Shown: piece after piece, positions 63,719-64,000 of the stretch
Layout: every line of letters starts with the position of its first letter
Position numbering within the stretch: the stretch's first letter is position 1
Assembly (NCBI GenBank): GCA_973895155.1
Contig: OZ316893.1
Span: 1,736,860 to 1,800,859 of the forward strand
Source of the DNA: Marsupella aquatica
Lineage: Eukaryota; Plantae; Marchantiophyta
Length of the DNA stretch: 64,000 nucleotides
Reading direction: 5' to 3'
Notes under the pieces: model-generated
What the model was told of the DNA's origin: nothing
Database searches by the model: none
The model's input: the letters and a program-made list of their open reading frames with translations, nothing else
Made by a program: the position numbers and the translations under genes

Positions 63719-64000
63719 TCACGGAATTTTTTGACTATCACTTTTATACCGGAACTCTATGTCTCTTCGCAAACTGCGAGTAGAATTGGCAAATGGCCTA
63801 AACTTTGTGGCGCGACAAACTTCTGCTACGGCTACACTGGATGGACACATGTGCTCAGCAGGTGTCTCATCTGCAAATGCCTCTTGCAAGATAGATGCTG
63901 CCTCCGCTGCTCGACACCTCCTCAAGCGCTCAATGCGCTCATGTGACATGTCAAATAGCCAGTGAATAATTGTGGCATGTGTCGTATCAGGGTCACCACC
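63719..64000 (-). other. 3' end of an unidentified reading frame open to the window edge
   Basis: Stop-free from 64000 (GGDPDTTHATIIHWLFDMSHERIERLRR...KSDSQKIP*), convergent with cassette C. Confidence 0.3.

Overview
Eukaryotic nuclear DNA from a land plant, probably a non-seed plant such as a bryophyte (inferred from gene style; the species cannot be fixed from the sequence). Four recognisable protein genes lie on the minus strand: an intronless RING-H2 protein built from internal tandem duplications (24.2-25.0 kb), a multi-exon EFR3/SEMI-ROLLED LEAF 2-like ARM protein (27.7-35.5 kb), a single-exon SRPBCC/lachrymatory-factor-synthase-like protein (48.7-49.2 kb) and a 10-exon branched-chain aminotransferase (54.2-58.4 kb). 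The probable 5' end of a fifth gene is at the left edge. Intergenic DNA is rich in non-autonomous DNA transposons (Mutator-like with 9-bp TSD, pogo/Tc1-like with TA TSD, and an element with an 8-bp TSD and CCC ends), 5'-truncated non-LTR insertions with TSDs, and many tandem arrays. The most unusual signal is at 62.2-63.7 kb. Three tandem, highly diverged paralogous cassettes share a QKRF..HLA..CG...R..LP....AI...W..E.E.F.GF motif that resembles the P2X7 C-terminal 'ballast'/Kolobok KolX domain. Each sits behind a putative splice acceptor, and they lie between a ~263-bp satellite and a convergent ORF that runs off the window.
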